Shown one piece after another: positions 36,386 to 45,275 of a DNA stretch of 64,000 nt. The stretch covers positions 64,001 through 128,000 of IMG/VR virus record IMGVR_UViG_3300036770_006434; one strand, written 5' to 3'. The stretch comes from a virus. The notes below the pieces were generated by a model. It made no database searches. It was not told the DNA's origin and was given only the letters and a program-made list of their open reading frames with translations. Position 1 is the stretch's first letter; each line of letters starts with the position of its first letter. The translations under genes were made by a program, and so were the position numbers.

Positions 36386-36927
36386 AGGGAATAAACAAAG
36401 TCGGAGTCTCGAACGGAGGTTCGGCGATATCCATTGGACTCGGCCCAGTCTTGGATTTCGATTAGGTATGGATTCACATAGGAGCCGAGGTCATTGTATG
36501 TTTCCACCACAATCTGTTTGGGGCGGCTGACCAAGTGCTTGAGGCAGAACCACTCCGCACCTTCCGTATCAACGCGCAAAATGTCTATTTGGCCATAGTC
36601 GTATTCGGATATCTTCCTGACTCTTACCTCAATGGAAAAATCATCCTCTTTGCCGGAATGCTGCGCGGCTGGCGAGGATACCCCCGCAATGGAAGAAGAG
36701 GTTCCCGCAGTGTGGAAACGAGTCATCCCGTTCTCGTCTCCTATCGCCACATTGTAGAGTTCGACGTTTTTAAGGTGGCGGGCAGCCGCCGCGATCTGGT
36801 CGTGGTATTCGGGCAGTGGCTCGAACAGCATGAAATGCATGGCGGGATTATTCCAGTGCAGGGCTGAAAAACACATGGATAAAGGACCAACTCCGACTTC
36901 CGCCAAAACCGTTTTACCGTTTATCAT
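36382..36927 (-). CDS. FkbM-family methyltransferase
   Basis: EVGVG, FEPLP, NVAIG, LRVDTEGAE. Confidence 0.85.
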   Translation of the reverse strand: MINGKTVLAEVGVGPLSMCFSALHWNNPAMHFMLFEPLPEYHDQIAAAARHLKNVELYNVAIGDENGMTRFHTAGTSSSIAGVSSPAAQHSGKEDDFSIEVRVRKISEYDYGQIDILRVDTEGAEWFCLKHLVSRPKQIVVETYNDLGSYVNPYLIEIQDWAESNGYRRTSVRDSDFVYSL

Positions 36928-37699
36928 AGAGATTCAATTTCGTGATAGATTCAAATGGGAGCTGGGTCCAGTCATGGTAGGTTACCCTGCGCTCGGTTTC
37001 CTGCCAGCAGTCGAGTCCGTAATGGACGTATGGGTAGCAATAGGTCGGGCTATTCGGCGGGCAAATTACATCGGACTTGCCGCCGACCGAAAGCATGAGA
37101 TGATAGTCCCCGGTGTCGCACCCGATATAGCGGCCGACTCCCGCGTAGATTGCGGCCATGTCGCGGACCGGAACATCCAAAAACTCAATAGCGCTCGGAG
37201 CCTTGACATACGAGGTCTCGGCTTTCAGGTGATTCGAGGAGAATCCGAATTGGATAAAGGTTACATCTGGATTTGCCGCGACTATGCGCTTTACCACGTC
37301 TTCCGGCATGGTCCTTTCGCCCCGTTTCTGGGGGCTGACCTTGATAATACATGGGTTATGGTAAATGTTTGCAACCCTTTTTCCCTCCTTTAGTTCAGCG
37401 TCTGATAGCCGGATTTTCGGAATGGCCGGGACACTCCACAGTCCGTAAAATCCAAGGACTCTCTTTGTCCAAGGACGCGGGATACTGATATGGTCCGGCG
37501 GCCTGATCTTGGAACGGTCGTCAAACCACACGGTTTCACGAGGGAGCCCGTCAAAAATTGGCGCTATCCCGCGAACCCAAGGCTCGTTAAACAGGTGGAG
37601 ACGGCATGGACGGTCAAGCAGAATAGGCGTCAGAGCAAGGTTGTCGCCCAAGTTCGCGGAATCACTGTAAACGTCTGTTAGACCGTCGTTTTTCGACAT
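36914..37699 (-). CDS. GT9-like glycosyltransferase
   Basis: NLGDNLALTP; CDTGDYHLMLSVG, paralogous to 26888-28519. Start at MSKND (37699). Confidence 0.65.
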   Translation of the reverse strand: MSKNDGLTDVYSDSANLGDNLALTPILLDRPCRLHLFNEPWVRGIAPIFDGLPRETVWFDDRSKIRPPDHISIPRPWTKRVLGFYGLWSVPAIPKIRLSDAELKEGKRVANIYHNPCIIKVSPQKRGERTMPEDVVKRIVAANPDVTFIQFGFSSNHLKAETSYVKAPSAIEFLDVPVRDMAAIYAGVGRYIGCDTGDYHLMLSVGGKSDVICPPNSPTYCYPYVHYGLDCWQETERRVTYHDWTQLPFESITKLNLYDKR

Positions 37700-37730
37700 G
37701 GACTGAATCTTAACGGTCCTTTGGAACAAG

Positions 37731-37955
37731 TCAATCCAAATCCGATATGCCGACCCTGTCCATCTCTTCCCAAATCCATTTTCTGGCAACTTCCGGGGAA
37801 AACGACTGTTGTTCCTCTTCTGGTCCATACTTGTTCAGCTGCCGCAGTCTTTCGTCCAAAGACCGAATGGCAGACCAGTATTTGAAGCCGTTATTGGCCC
37901 AATCAAATTCGGACTGCTCTTTTGGAAGGGTAAATTCAAGTGTGACTTTGGGCAT
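37731..37955 (-). CDS. Hypothetical protein (74 aa)
   Basis: MPKVTLEFTLPKEQSEF...LDERLRQLNKY, a small phage-type ORF. Confidence 0.6.
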   Translation of the reverse strand: MPKVTLEFTLPKEQSEFDWANNGFKYWSAIRSLDERLRQLNKYGPEEEQQSFSPEVARKWIWEEMDRVGISDLD

Positions 37956-37959
37956 GGTG

Positions 37960-38709
37960 TTAGATCAGTTTGTGTTCCGCTACGACCTTATCGTAATCCT
38001 CTTGTTTGACCCCGATATGCAGGGCTTCCGCATAGTCCGTTTCCCAGACCAAGTGCCTCTTGTGGGACCGTGAGAAGTGTTGTAGAATCAGCCGCCAGAG
38101 CATCTCACACTGCACCTGTTGGCGGGCCAGCGGGTTTTGTTCCAGCGCCAGACAAAGGCGATAATAATCCAGACTCCGCATAATGATGGGTTGAAAATTG
38201 ACGTGTTCCGACCAGAAGTAGTCAGTCCCGGAGTCCGCAGGGAAGCCCGGCCCTTTGTCGTCGCCCCGCCGCATGAAGCGGGCGGTCAGCATTTCGTGGT
38301 CATTCGCCAGTTTTTGACAAGCAGAAGTCAAGAGGTCGTCCAGCGGGATTTTGTGACTGATTACCGGTGAATCGTCCTCGGCCAGCATAAAATACGGCTG
38401 GCTATAGACTTCCGGGTTTTTGGACACAGTGATTTGGTCACAGAGATAAGCGTCTCCGTGAGACAGTCCGCGATTCCAGTCGCCCATGGTCTCAATCACT
38501 TGGAAACCTCGCGCAGTCAGGTCTTCCCGCATGGACTTGGCGATATCCTCATCCCCCGGTGTCACTTTGAGATGTGCGACAAGACGCCCAAAGACGACAA
38601 GCGGAATCTGTTTGTTCCAGTGATTCAGGGTAAGGCGATAGTCAGTTTTCCGGCCCCAGTGTCCTTTGGTAGACGTGAAGAGTGCGAATGTGATCGGGAG
38701 TTTGTTCAT
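37960..38709 (-). CDS. Hypothetical protein, possibly GT-A fold
   Basis: LAEDDS acidic motif after a beta strand; LHIG near the C-terminus; island context. Confidence 0.45.
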   Translation of the reverse strand: MNKLPITFALFTSTKGHWGRKTDYRLTLNHWNKQIPLVVFGRLVAHLKVTPGDEDIAKSMREDLTARGFQVIETMGDWNRGLSHGDAYLCDQITVSKNPEVYSQPYFMLAEDDSPVISHKIPLDDLLTSACQKLANDHEMLTARFMRRGDDKGPGFPADSGTDYFWSEHVNFQPIIMRSLDYYRLCLALEQNPLARQQVQCEMLWRLILQHFSRSHKRHLVWETDYAEALHIGVKQEDYDKVVAEHKLI

Positions 38710-38719
38710 GTTTTATGTA

Positions 38720-39361
38720 TCACCACTTGCAATACCAAGCCGCGACCCACAGGCGTTTGAGCCACCAATGAATAAGTTCGCCTAATGAGCGCAGTTTCAG
38801 GATGCGGCTATTGGCGGGAAAGGCGATGTCGGGAGAGCATCCCGTCAGAATCGTGCGGATAGGGGAGTTCACCCTCCCGAGGATAATCGTCAAGGGGCGG
38901 TCGGAAACGTGGCTTAGGTGGGAGAGGTCTAAGGAGTGGACGGGCGCAGAGGATTGGTCTGACCACTCGCCCAGCGAAACGTCGGCTTTTGTGCCCGTAG
39001 ATTCAACTTCTCCCTTGAGTGTTAGCTCGTGGCTACCTCCCTTGATCTTGAACACGTATTCGCCCTCGTTACCGGCGACCCCAAAGCGTCCCTCAAGGCA
39101 GCAGTAGCACGTAGTGTTGTTGCAATCCACGGCGGCTTCCTTGCCTTGGGCGACCCTGAGATTGGGAAGGTCTGTATAGGTGCGACCGGAGAGTTTCAGG
39201 ATCGCGTCCCATGCCTTGGGGTCGGTCGGAACGAGGTCGTTCATCGGAGCGCCGGGCTCAGCCGGGGTTTCCCGGTCTGTGCCGGCGAACCAGATGATGC
39301 TGTCCACGTTATAGGACAGGTAGTTGGCGTCTTTCTCGGCGGTGCGGATGGGGGTGATCAT
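38720..39361 (-). CDS. Hypothetical protein (213 aa), beta-rich
   Basis: ATGA overlap with the upstream gene. Start at MITPI (39361). Confidence 0.6.
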   Translation of the reverse strand: MITPIRTAEKDANYLSYNVDSIIWFAGTDRETPAEPGAPMNDLVPTDPKAWDAILKLSGRTYTDLPNLRVAQGKEAAVDCNNTTCYCCLEGRFGVAGNEGEYVFKIKGGSHELTLKGEVESTGTKADVSLGEWSDQSSAPVHSLDLSHLSHVSDRPLTIILGRVNSPIRTILTGCSPDIAFPANSRILKLRSLGELIHWWLKRLWVAAWYCKW

Positions 39362-40068
39362 GAGGTATAGGAGATTACAGGATAACTGGTGCGATAACGG
39401 GGGTCGGTGGACTGCCAACGCAGACAGTGCATGCGTAGAGTCTCGCGCAGTCGGGACATCTCCTCGGGGGTGGACACGATGGTGTTGACGGTCATGCGTG
39501 GACCCGAAGTATTCCCGTAGCCCATCAGTGCGGCAGCGGGGCTAATCCACTGGATGTCCGGCGACGCGGGATCGCAAATACGCGAGCCCTTCTGCGGCTG
39601 GTCACAATGAACGCCCCAGTCATAAAGCATCTGCCAGTTAGGTAACCATGGACGCGTCCGATCATTGGTTACCCAATCGCCGCCAATGCTGTGACTAGGA
39701 GAGGTTTCCCCTTCTCTTTCCAAAAGGTCCGCTAAAATGTAGGCCGGATTAGAGCAGCCGCGCTCTAACTTGAAGGTGCCGTCCCAGTCGCCAAAATACC
39801 GGTATGAGGCGTTTATGCCCGGATGATATCCGTCGCGCGCGATAGCGTCACAATCCTCAACGTAATAGCGATTTGACGGGACCTTGACAGCTAAGCCTTT
39901 GACCAGAACGCCTGTCGGTCCGGGTAGTCCAACGTCCTTAAAATCGGCTATGGGGTCGGACGTGGGCGGGGTCTGATTCACTGCCCTAGCTACCAGCGGT
40001 GCGGCAGCTAAGCTACCGAGTATAGATATGAACTGACGACGTGTAGTGGACGCGATAAGTGTGCTCAT
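39358..40068 (-). CDS. Tat-signal protein carrying a TipJ (lambda gpJ)-like segment
   Basis: TTRRQFISILGSLAAAPLVARA signal; VKVPSN...GDWDGTFK...SNPAYILADLL...LYDWGVHCDQ...PRMTVN. Confidence 0.75.
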   Translation of the reverse strand: MSTLIASTTRRQFISILGSLAAAPLVARAVNQTPPTSDPIADFKDVGLPGPTGVLVKGLAVKVPSNRYYVEDCDAIARDGYHPGINASYRYFGDWDGTFKLERGCSNPAYILADLLEREGETSPSHSIGGDWVTNDRTRPWLPNWQMLYDWGVHCDQPQKGSRICDPASPDIQWISPAAALMGYGNTSGPRMTVNTIVSTPEEMSRLRETLRMHCLRWQSTDPRYRTSYPVISYTS

Positions 40069-40361
40069 GCAATAACCTCTTTCCATGTGGCAAAATAATT
40101 TTCACCCTTCATTTCCAACCAGTAATCTGTGATAAACGTTTCGGGGTTAAAGGAATTGTTCTGTTTTACGTCAAGTCGCACAGTGCCGCGCCCTAAGTTA
40201 AGGTTCGGAAACCCCTTCTCTGCCGCCGAAGCGGCTGCCTCAATGCAAAATTCGTCAATCTCCCCGGTGGAACGTCGGAACTGGCCTCTCCAACTTCCAT
40301 TGTCTTTGACCTCGTAAGTCTCTGTCAATTGGGATGTATATGTTCGTGATACAGCATTCAT
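40065..40361 (-). CDS. Hypothetical protein (98 aa)
   Basis: ATGA overlaps on both sides. Confidence 0.6.
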   Translation of the reverse strand: MNAVSRTYTSQLTETYEVKDNGSWRGQFRRSTGEIDEFCIEAAASAAEKGFPNLNLGRGTVRLDVKQNNSFNPETFITDYWLEMKGENYFATWKEVIA

Positions 40362-41230
40362 ATAATGGGTAAAGCATCGGCGGGGTTATGGTTGTCCTTG
40401 ATTCCATCGGTCCGACCGTGGAACAGGTGATAGGCATCCGACAGAATCTTCTCTCCCCCGAGGTAAGCCTTCAGGGTGTCGTCCAAAGGACCGGTGAGCA
40501 AGGTCTTGAGCCCCTCCACAGTGAGCGGCACCCCACGGCGCTTCATCTCCTTGCGGAACGCCAAGCGCATTCCCTCCCGGCGCGCAAAAACCTCTTGGGT
40601 GGCACCTCCGGGATGCTGCTCCAAACCGAGCGCACAGGTGTTGGAGCCTGCCGCTTGCGTGACATAGTAATACGCGTAGTGGAGCACAAAATGAAACGGG
40701 TCCTTTCGCTTCTCGGGTCGCACATTCAGCCGCACCAGTCTCTCATTCGGCTCAATGTTTGACCACTCAATTCCGCGTCCATTCCAGCCCGTCAAAGTCC
40801 AATGCGGAGTTTGGCGGTATTCAAGCGTTTCCCGGTAACGGAACAGGTAGGCTTTTCCGTAGTAAAAAACGACATCCAACTCCGCCTCATCCATCATGGG
40901 AATGATCTCTGTTTTGACCTTGGACAAAAACTCTACTGCGGGTCTCTCTTTATCGTCTGTCCAGATACAAAAATCTCCTTCCTGTATGAGTCCGGTGAAT
41001 AGCGTATCGTTCATAGCGTGCCAGTGCCGTGTCGGCCAAGAGCGATGAATAATGCGACCAGCCCCTTTGACGGTTTCCAGATACCGGGCGCTGGGCGCGT
41101 CTGTCGGCACGTCGTTGAGGACCCAGATGATACCGTCAAGGTGGGGTAGGATAGGTTCGATCATCTCTACCGGGTTTTCGGCAGAGGCGTCGGAGGACAT
41201 GGAGGTGAGAAAGAGGCGTGGTGCGCTCAT
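40358..41230 (-). CDS. Putative GT-A glycosyltransferase
   Basis: IWTDDKER DxD-like site. Start at MSAPR (41230), ATGA overlap. Confidence 0.5.
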   Translation of the reverse strand: MSAPRLFLTSMSSDASAENPVEMIEPILPHLDGIIWVLNDVPTDAPSARYLETVKGAGRIIHRSWPTRHWHAMNDTLFTGLIQEGDFCIWTDDKERPAVEFLSKVKTEIIPMMDEAELDVVFYYGKAYLFRYRETLEYRQTPHWTLTGWNGRGIEWSNIEPNERLVRLNVRPEKRKDPFHFVLHYAYYYVTQAAGSNTCALGLEQHPGGATQEVFARREGMRLAFRKEMKRRGVPLTVEGLKTLLTGPLDDTLKAYLGGEKILSDAYHLFHGRTDGIKDNHNPADALPII

Positions 41231-41418
41231 TTGGTCTTCTTGGGGGTCAAATACTCTACCTGCATGGGTGCAAATACGGAGAGGCACGGGAACATGATAC
41301 CACCCGAGTGAGGTGGACAACAGTGCTTACCGCTCTTGTTGACGTAGGGGGCCTCCCTACCGTGGGTGTTGCACCACCATATACCATCCGGCTCTTGATA
41401 CTTGGATAGCGTGGTCAT
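41227..41418 (-). CDS. Small Cys/His-rich hypothetical protein (63 aa)
   Basis: WWCNTH...HCC...MFPC. Start at MTTLS (41418). Confidence 0.55.
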   Translation of the reverse strand: MTTLSKYQEPDGIWWCNTHGREAPYVNKSGKHCCPPHSGGIMFPCLSVFAPMQVEYLTPKKTK

Positions 41419-41420
41419 AT

Positions 41421-41510
41421 CAAGCAATAGGCAACCCATGCTTCATCACCAGATTCTCCGAGGATGGGTCCGAGGACATTGACGTAAGAAAAAGTCGTGG
41501 TTCTGGCATA
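41421..41510 (-). pseudogene. 29-codon mini-ORF duplicating the N-terminus of gene 40358-41230
   Basis: Manual translation MPEPRLFLTSMSSDPSSENLVMKHGLPIA*, versus MSAPRLFLTSMSSDASAENPV of the downstream gene. Confidence 0.75.
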
Positions 41511-41548
41511 TTTCCCCTAGTCTCTAAGTTTTACGTCCAGAGTCAAGT

Positions 41549-42379
41549 CTATTCCCGCCAAGACGGCAGGTTATGCCTGTATTTCGGCATGGCCAGCAAA
41601 TCTTCCATCGTCTTCGCGGCTTCCGAAGAATGCTTGTCGCGGTTATCCCAGACCGGCCGCCAGAACTCGGAGCGTTTAAGCCTCTGTTCCAGATTGAGAT
41701 ATCCGAGATGGTAGACAAAGGGGATTTCTCCACCCTCCATTTGGCCGACCAGCAAAAAAGACGGCAGAGCGGTGTTCATGATGGCGGCGGCGTTGACCAA
41801 TTCTCGGGTCTCTTTGTGAATCGCATCACAGGTGTCGCTTTTCGTCTTGTCGATGGACCCATCCTCTCGGTAAGCCCACTTCACTACTCCTCGGGTGATG
41901 TGCGGCAGATTCTTGTGGAGATACCATTTTAGACCGGTCTTGGCGTATCTGTCCTCTCTTTCAATCAGGTCAACGACAGGAATCAGAAATGCTTCATACT
42001 GACTGTGTTCCAGTTCTTGCGCCAGACGCTCCCAAAACCGACGCTGGCGTGGGATCAGGACTTCATCCAAGTCCAAGAGGATGCAGAATTTCTCCGTGCA
42101 TTTCTCCAAGGCAGCGGCCTTCCCTCGACCATCAAATTCCGGGTCAGTGTAGGGGATATCAATGTCTACCACCTCGGTCTTAGTCTGGCTCCACGGGTTC
42201 TGGAACTTCCACTGCTTAAAGAAATCCCGCAGGACCTTCGCGGTGTCGTCCTCAGATTTGTTCACGGCGATCACGATTTGGCCGGACCCGCGCAGGAAGG
42301 ATAGCCAGTTTGTAAGGACAGGCTTCCAATCGAAACCAGCGGAAATAATGTTAAAGGAGCTGTTGTAAATGCTGAACAT
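41549..42379 (-). CDS. GT2-like glycosyltransferase
   Basis: AALEKCT...LLDLDEV; YHLGY. Confidence 0.7.
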   Translation of the reverse strand: MFSIYNSSFNIISAGFDWKPVLTNWLSFLRGSGQIVIAVNKSEDDTAKVLRDFFKQWKFQNPWSQTKTEVVDIDIPYTDPEFDGRGKAAALEKCTEKFCILLDLDEVLIPRQRRFWERLAQELEHSQYEAFLIPVVDLIEREDRYAKTGLKWYLHKNLPHITRGVVKWAYREDGSIDKTKSDTCDAIHKETRELVNAAAIMNTALPSFLLVGQMEGGEIPFVYHLGYLNLEQRLKRSEFWRPVWDNRDKHSSEAAKTMEDLLAMPKYRHNLPSWRE

Positions 42380-42387
42380 AGAATGAT

Positions 42388-42720
42388 TTATACGTTGTAA
42401 TCCGACAGTTTGTCGTATTCTTTCTTGGCGGGCAACAATTCTATGAGTCTCTTGATACGGTTATACTCCGCTTCACTCAAACTCCAACCCCAACTTCTAC
42501 GCTCAATCCACCCGCTAAAAGGAGGGGTTTCGCGAGGGTCTCGTTGACAAATGTTCTCTAAAAACCCACCGAAAATCTCAATCGGAACGTCCGTGACCAC
42601 GCCTTGCGGCCAAGTGTCCGATTTTTTCTCGTCCACCTCATCTTTGTGCGGAATAGCGATAAGGGCGGAAAACCATTGGGTCCCGGTATCTGTCACAAGG
42701 TAATGGCGTGTTTTGGACAT
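42388..42720 (-). CDS. Hypothetical protein (110 aa)
   Basis: ATG start, in operon. Confidence 0.6.
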   Translation of the reverse strand: MSKTRHYLVTDTGTQWFSALIAIPHKDEVDEKKSDTWPQGVVTDVPIEIFGGFLENICQRDPRETPPFSGWIERRSWGWSLSEAEYNRIKRLIELLPAKKEYDKLSDYNV

Positions 42721-42726
42721 GGCGTT

Positions 42727-43554
42727 TTAGTTCCAGACGTGGAATGAATCTTTTTTTTCGTTTTCAGGAATCTCGCCCGGCGGCCAAGATTGGGTGCCGA
42801 GAACGTATTCCCACTCCCTGTCCGAGAACTTGGGGTAAACGTATCTCTCTTTGACCGGCCCATTAATCAACCAGAGTTGTTTGGTATCCGGGTAATGCAT
42901 CCATTTTGATCCATCCGGGTTCTCACGAACCGCTGTTCGCCCGTTGTCTACGACCATTCGCGGCCATGCCGTGAAATGAAGGTAGTCGTAATCCGAGTAG
43001 TATTTCTGAATCTGTTCTTCCCGCCAAATGACATGGTGGAACGGTCCCGCGCCCCCGTAAGTCAGCGGCAGGTTGTGTTCCATCTTCCTATAAAAATCGG
43101 TCCGCATAATATATGCCCTCTCCGAATAGATATGACGCTCTTCCTGAGTGTCGCAGACCGGCCCGGCTAGGCTGATGGACTTTACCACATATCCATCGCG
43201 GTCCATCTGATCCAACAGGTCCTTTAGGTCTTCAAACTCGTTTTGCCCCAAATCGCGGCCAAAGAACTGGTCATTCTGCAAGTAAATGACGAATGGACTG
43301 AAGACTGCCGCCATAAGGTCGCGCGTGCCAAGCCCGAGGCCACCATTGGTTCGGGGCATGATAAGGGTGTCGATCAGCCCCTCTTTCAGGTAGATTGTCG
43401 GGTAATCTGCCATCCCGTTGTGGAGATACACGACTTTGGTCGGAATCTTGACATGCTTCTTTATGGATTCGAGGCATGGTCTAGCGGCTTCCGGTTTTTG
43501 GAAGTCCAATACGGCGATGGTCAGTTCGGGTTCGGTGTAAGTGGGGAGATTCAT
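42727..43554 (-). CDS. GT2-like glycosyltransferase
   Basis: LTIAVLDF...CLESI...NGGLG...LQNDQ. Start at MNLPT (43554). Confidence 0.7.
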   Translation of the reverse strand: MNLPTYTEPELTIAVLDFQKPEAARPCLESIKKHVKIPTKVVYLHNGMADYPTIYLKEGLIDTLIMPRTNGGLGLGTRDLMAAVFSPFVIYLQNDQFFGRDLGQNEFEDLKDLLDQMDRDGYVVKSISLAGPVCDTQEERHIYSERAYIMRTDFYRKMEHNLPLTYGGAGPFHHVIWREEQIQKYYSDYDYLHFTAWPRMVVDNGRTAVRENPDGSKWMHYPDTKQLWLINGPVKERYVYPKFSDREWEYVLGTQSWPPGEIPENEKKDSFHVWN

Positions 43555-43558
43555 GTTT

Positions 43559-43780
43559 TTAGGTCCAGATTTCCATTTTGGGCGTTCCACGCCAGAGCGG
43601 TTCCCGATATTCAAGGGTCGCATAGTCTGGAACGTCCATCCAACAGCACGAGCATACTGGATGATCTACATGTGACTGCATCCATTTGCCGCCATACGCG
43701 CGGCGATACCAAGAGTATTCAGACATAAAGGCTGAAACGATGGTTGACCTAAAAACGGATTTTGAAAGTTTGATAATCAT
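43559..43780 (-). CDS. Hypothetical protein (73 aa)
   Basis: ATGA overlap upstream. Confidence 0.5.
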   Translation of the reverse strand: MIIKLSKSVFRSTIVSAFMSEYSWYRRAYGGKWMQSHVDHPVCSCCWMDVPDYATLEYREPLWRGTPKMEIWT

Positions 43781-44688
43781 GTGATACTGTTGTAAACCGA
43801 TTCAATCCTGCGGGCCACCCCGGCAGGTGACACCTTCTCTTTGAGGTTCAGGTTAAAATGGGATCGCAGCCGCAGCTTCATCTCCCTCATCCTGTCCCCG
43901 GACTCCTCGTTTACGAAATGCGAGATAAAGGCGGCGATTGACCGGGGGGTCGGATGGACATCCTCGTATTCAGGGAATAGGTCGGTGGGGAAGAGTTCCT
44001 CGCGAGTGGTCAGATCGTTACAGATAATGGGAATAGCGCCCGCCGCCGCGCTCTCCAACGGCGTCAATGAAAGTCCTTCAATTTTTCCCAAGCAGAAAAC
44101 GAAGTCCACCGAGTTATACACGATATTCAGGTTCTCGTCATTCAGAACCCCAAGATAGTCACCCCAACCGGGCTCGTTCCCGACAAGGCATAGGTCATTT
44201 TGCGTATACCCAAGGGTGTTGAGTGCCAGAGCGCCGAGGTTAAACCGTTTATTGGCATCCTGCCGGCGGCCCACATGGGCGAAGCGGTAGAACGGCTTGC
44301 GCGTCAAGTCCGGTCTGTGGGCGGCGGGCTTGATGGGCTGGTAGATAACCGTGGACTCAATCCCCAGATACTCTTTCAGCTGCCATTGCCCATACTCGGA
44401 AATGGCGCAAACCGCATCGGCGGCGACCAGTTGATCCCTAAGTCCACCCATATCGAAATTCGGCAAAAGGTGTATCGGGACATCCAAGCAGGTCAAAATC
44501 ACCTTGGCTCCCGGCTTAATCGTGCCATTGGACTTGTCTTTGACCACCTGTTCGTGCGAATTGTTGGAATACACCAAGTCCGCTTCGGTGATATACTCCG
44601 TTACCTCCCACCCGATTTCACGGAATCCATCCGCGATTCGCGGCACTTGCCCGGCAAAGTGAGTCGCGCCGTTTAGCCAGACCTTCAT
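43777..44688 (-). CDS. GT4 (GT-B) glycosyltransferase
   Basis: AISEYG; HVGRRQDANKR; EGLSLTPLESAAAG (EX7E). Confidence 0.85.
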   Translation of the reverse strand: MKVWLNGATHFAGQVPRIADGFREIGWEVTEYITEADLVYSNNSHEQVVKDKSNGTIKPGAKVILTCLDVPIHLLPNFDMGGLRDQLVAADAVCAISEYGQWQLKEYLGIESTVIYQPIKPAAHRPDLTRKPFYRFAHVGRRQDANKRFNLGALALNTLGYTQNDLCLVGNEPGWGDYLGVLNDENLNIVYNSVDFVFCLGKIEGLSLTPLESAAAGAIPIICNDLTTREELFPTDLFPEYEDVHPTPRSIAAFISHFVNEESGDRMREMKLRLRSHFNLNLKEKVSPAGVARRIESVYNSIT

Positions 44689-44951
44689 GCCTCGTCCTCT
44701 TTTTCCGCAATGGACAGGTATTCGTCCTGCGGCACTAGCTCGGACAGGATTTGGGAATCCACCCCGCCGTTAGTCCCCAAATACCCGCGAAGTGCAGCCA
44801 GAGCCGTGTCCAAATCGTCAAAAGTGCCGACCGGCGCACCGTCCACCCCGACATACCAGATGCGGACATACTCGTTGTCAGTGGGTTTTCCTGTTTTTTC
44901 CTTGAAGGCCGCTGCCGAGGAAGCGGGGGACGTGTGTTTGGAGTGAGACAT
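44685..44951 (-). CDS. Hypothetical protein (88 aa), first gene of the leftward arm
   Basis: Start at MSHSK (44951). The longer ORF-track extension runs through the promoter and is probably spurious. Confidence 0.6.
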   Translation of the reverse strand: MSHSKHTSPASSAAAFKEKTGKPTDNEYVRIWYVGVDGAPVGTFDDLDTALAALRGYLGTNGGVDSQILSELVPQDEYLSIAEKEDEA

Positions 44952-44986
44952 GGGATTTATGCGATATTGAATGGCGGCAGTTTCCA

Positions 44987-45014
44987 ATGATAAGGATACT
45001 GGTAAGTGAGTCAA
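44987..45014 (-). promoter_or_regulatory. Sigma70-like promoter TTGACT-N16-TATCAT (leftward)
   Basis: 35 nt upstream of the ATG at 44951. Confidence 0.75.
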
Positions 45015-45242
45015 GTCAAAAAGGTAAACCAGTATCAAGAGATAGATTCTAACGTAAACAACCACAACTACCACACAGTTCCACTTCCCCCAGTTCACCC
45101 TAATATATGTCCTGTTCTTTTTTGTTGGGCCAAAACCTGTGTTACGGAAATGTGTCGTAAATCGGACAGTTTGAACGGCCAAACTGTTTGTGGGCTAAAC
45201 CATTGACGATAGATGAGTTATGAAAATAATGCGACTTTATGC

Positions 45243-45270
45243 TTGACATATCGCACAACTGTTGTATAAT
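45243..45270 (+). promoter_or_regulatory. Consensus sigma70 promoter TTGACA-N16-TATAAT (rightward)
   Basis: Perfect hexamers; no credible ORF for ~700 nt downstream. Confidence 0.85.
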
Positions 45271-45275
45271 CTGAG

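Noticed and set aside
41519-41546. TTGACT-N16-GAGACT as a tenth sigma70-like promoter
   Set aside because: The -10 lacks the conserved TA, and the -35 sits at the end of the upstream gene; too weak to list.
44952-45182. N-terminal extension of ORF 44685-45182 with a hydrophobic stretch
   Set aside because: It runs through the TTGACT-N16-TATCAT promoter; the ATG at 44951 fits the promoter better.
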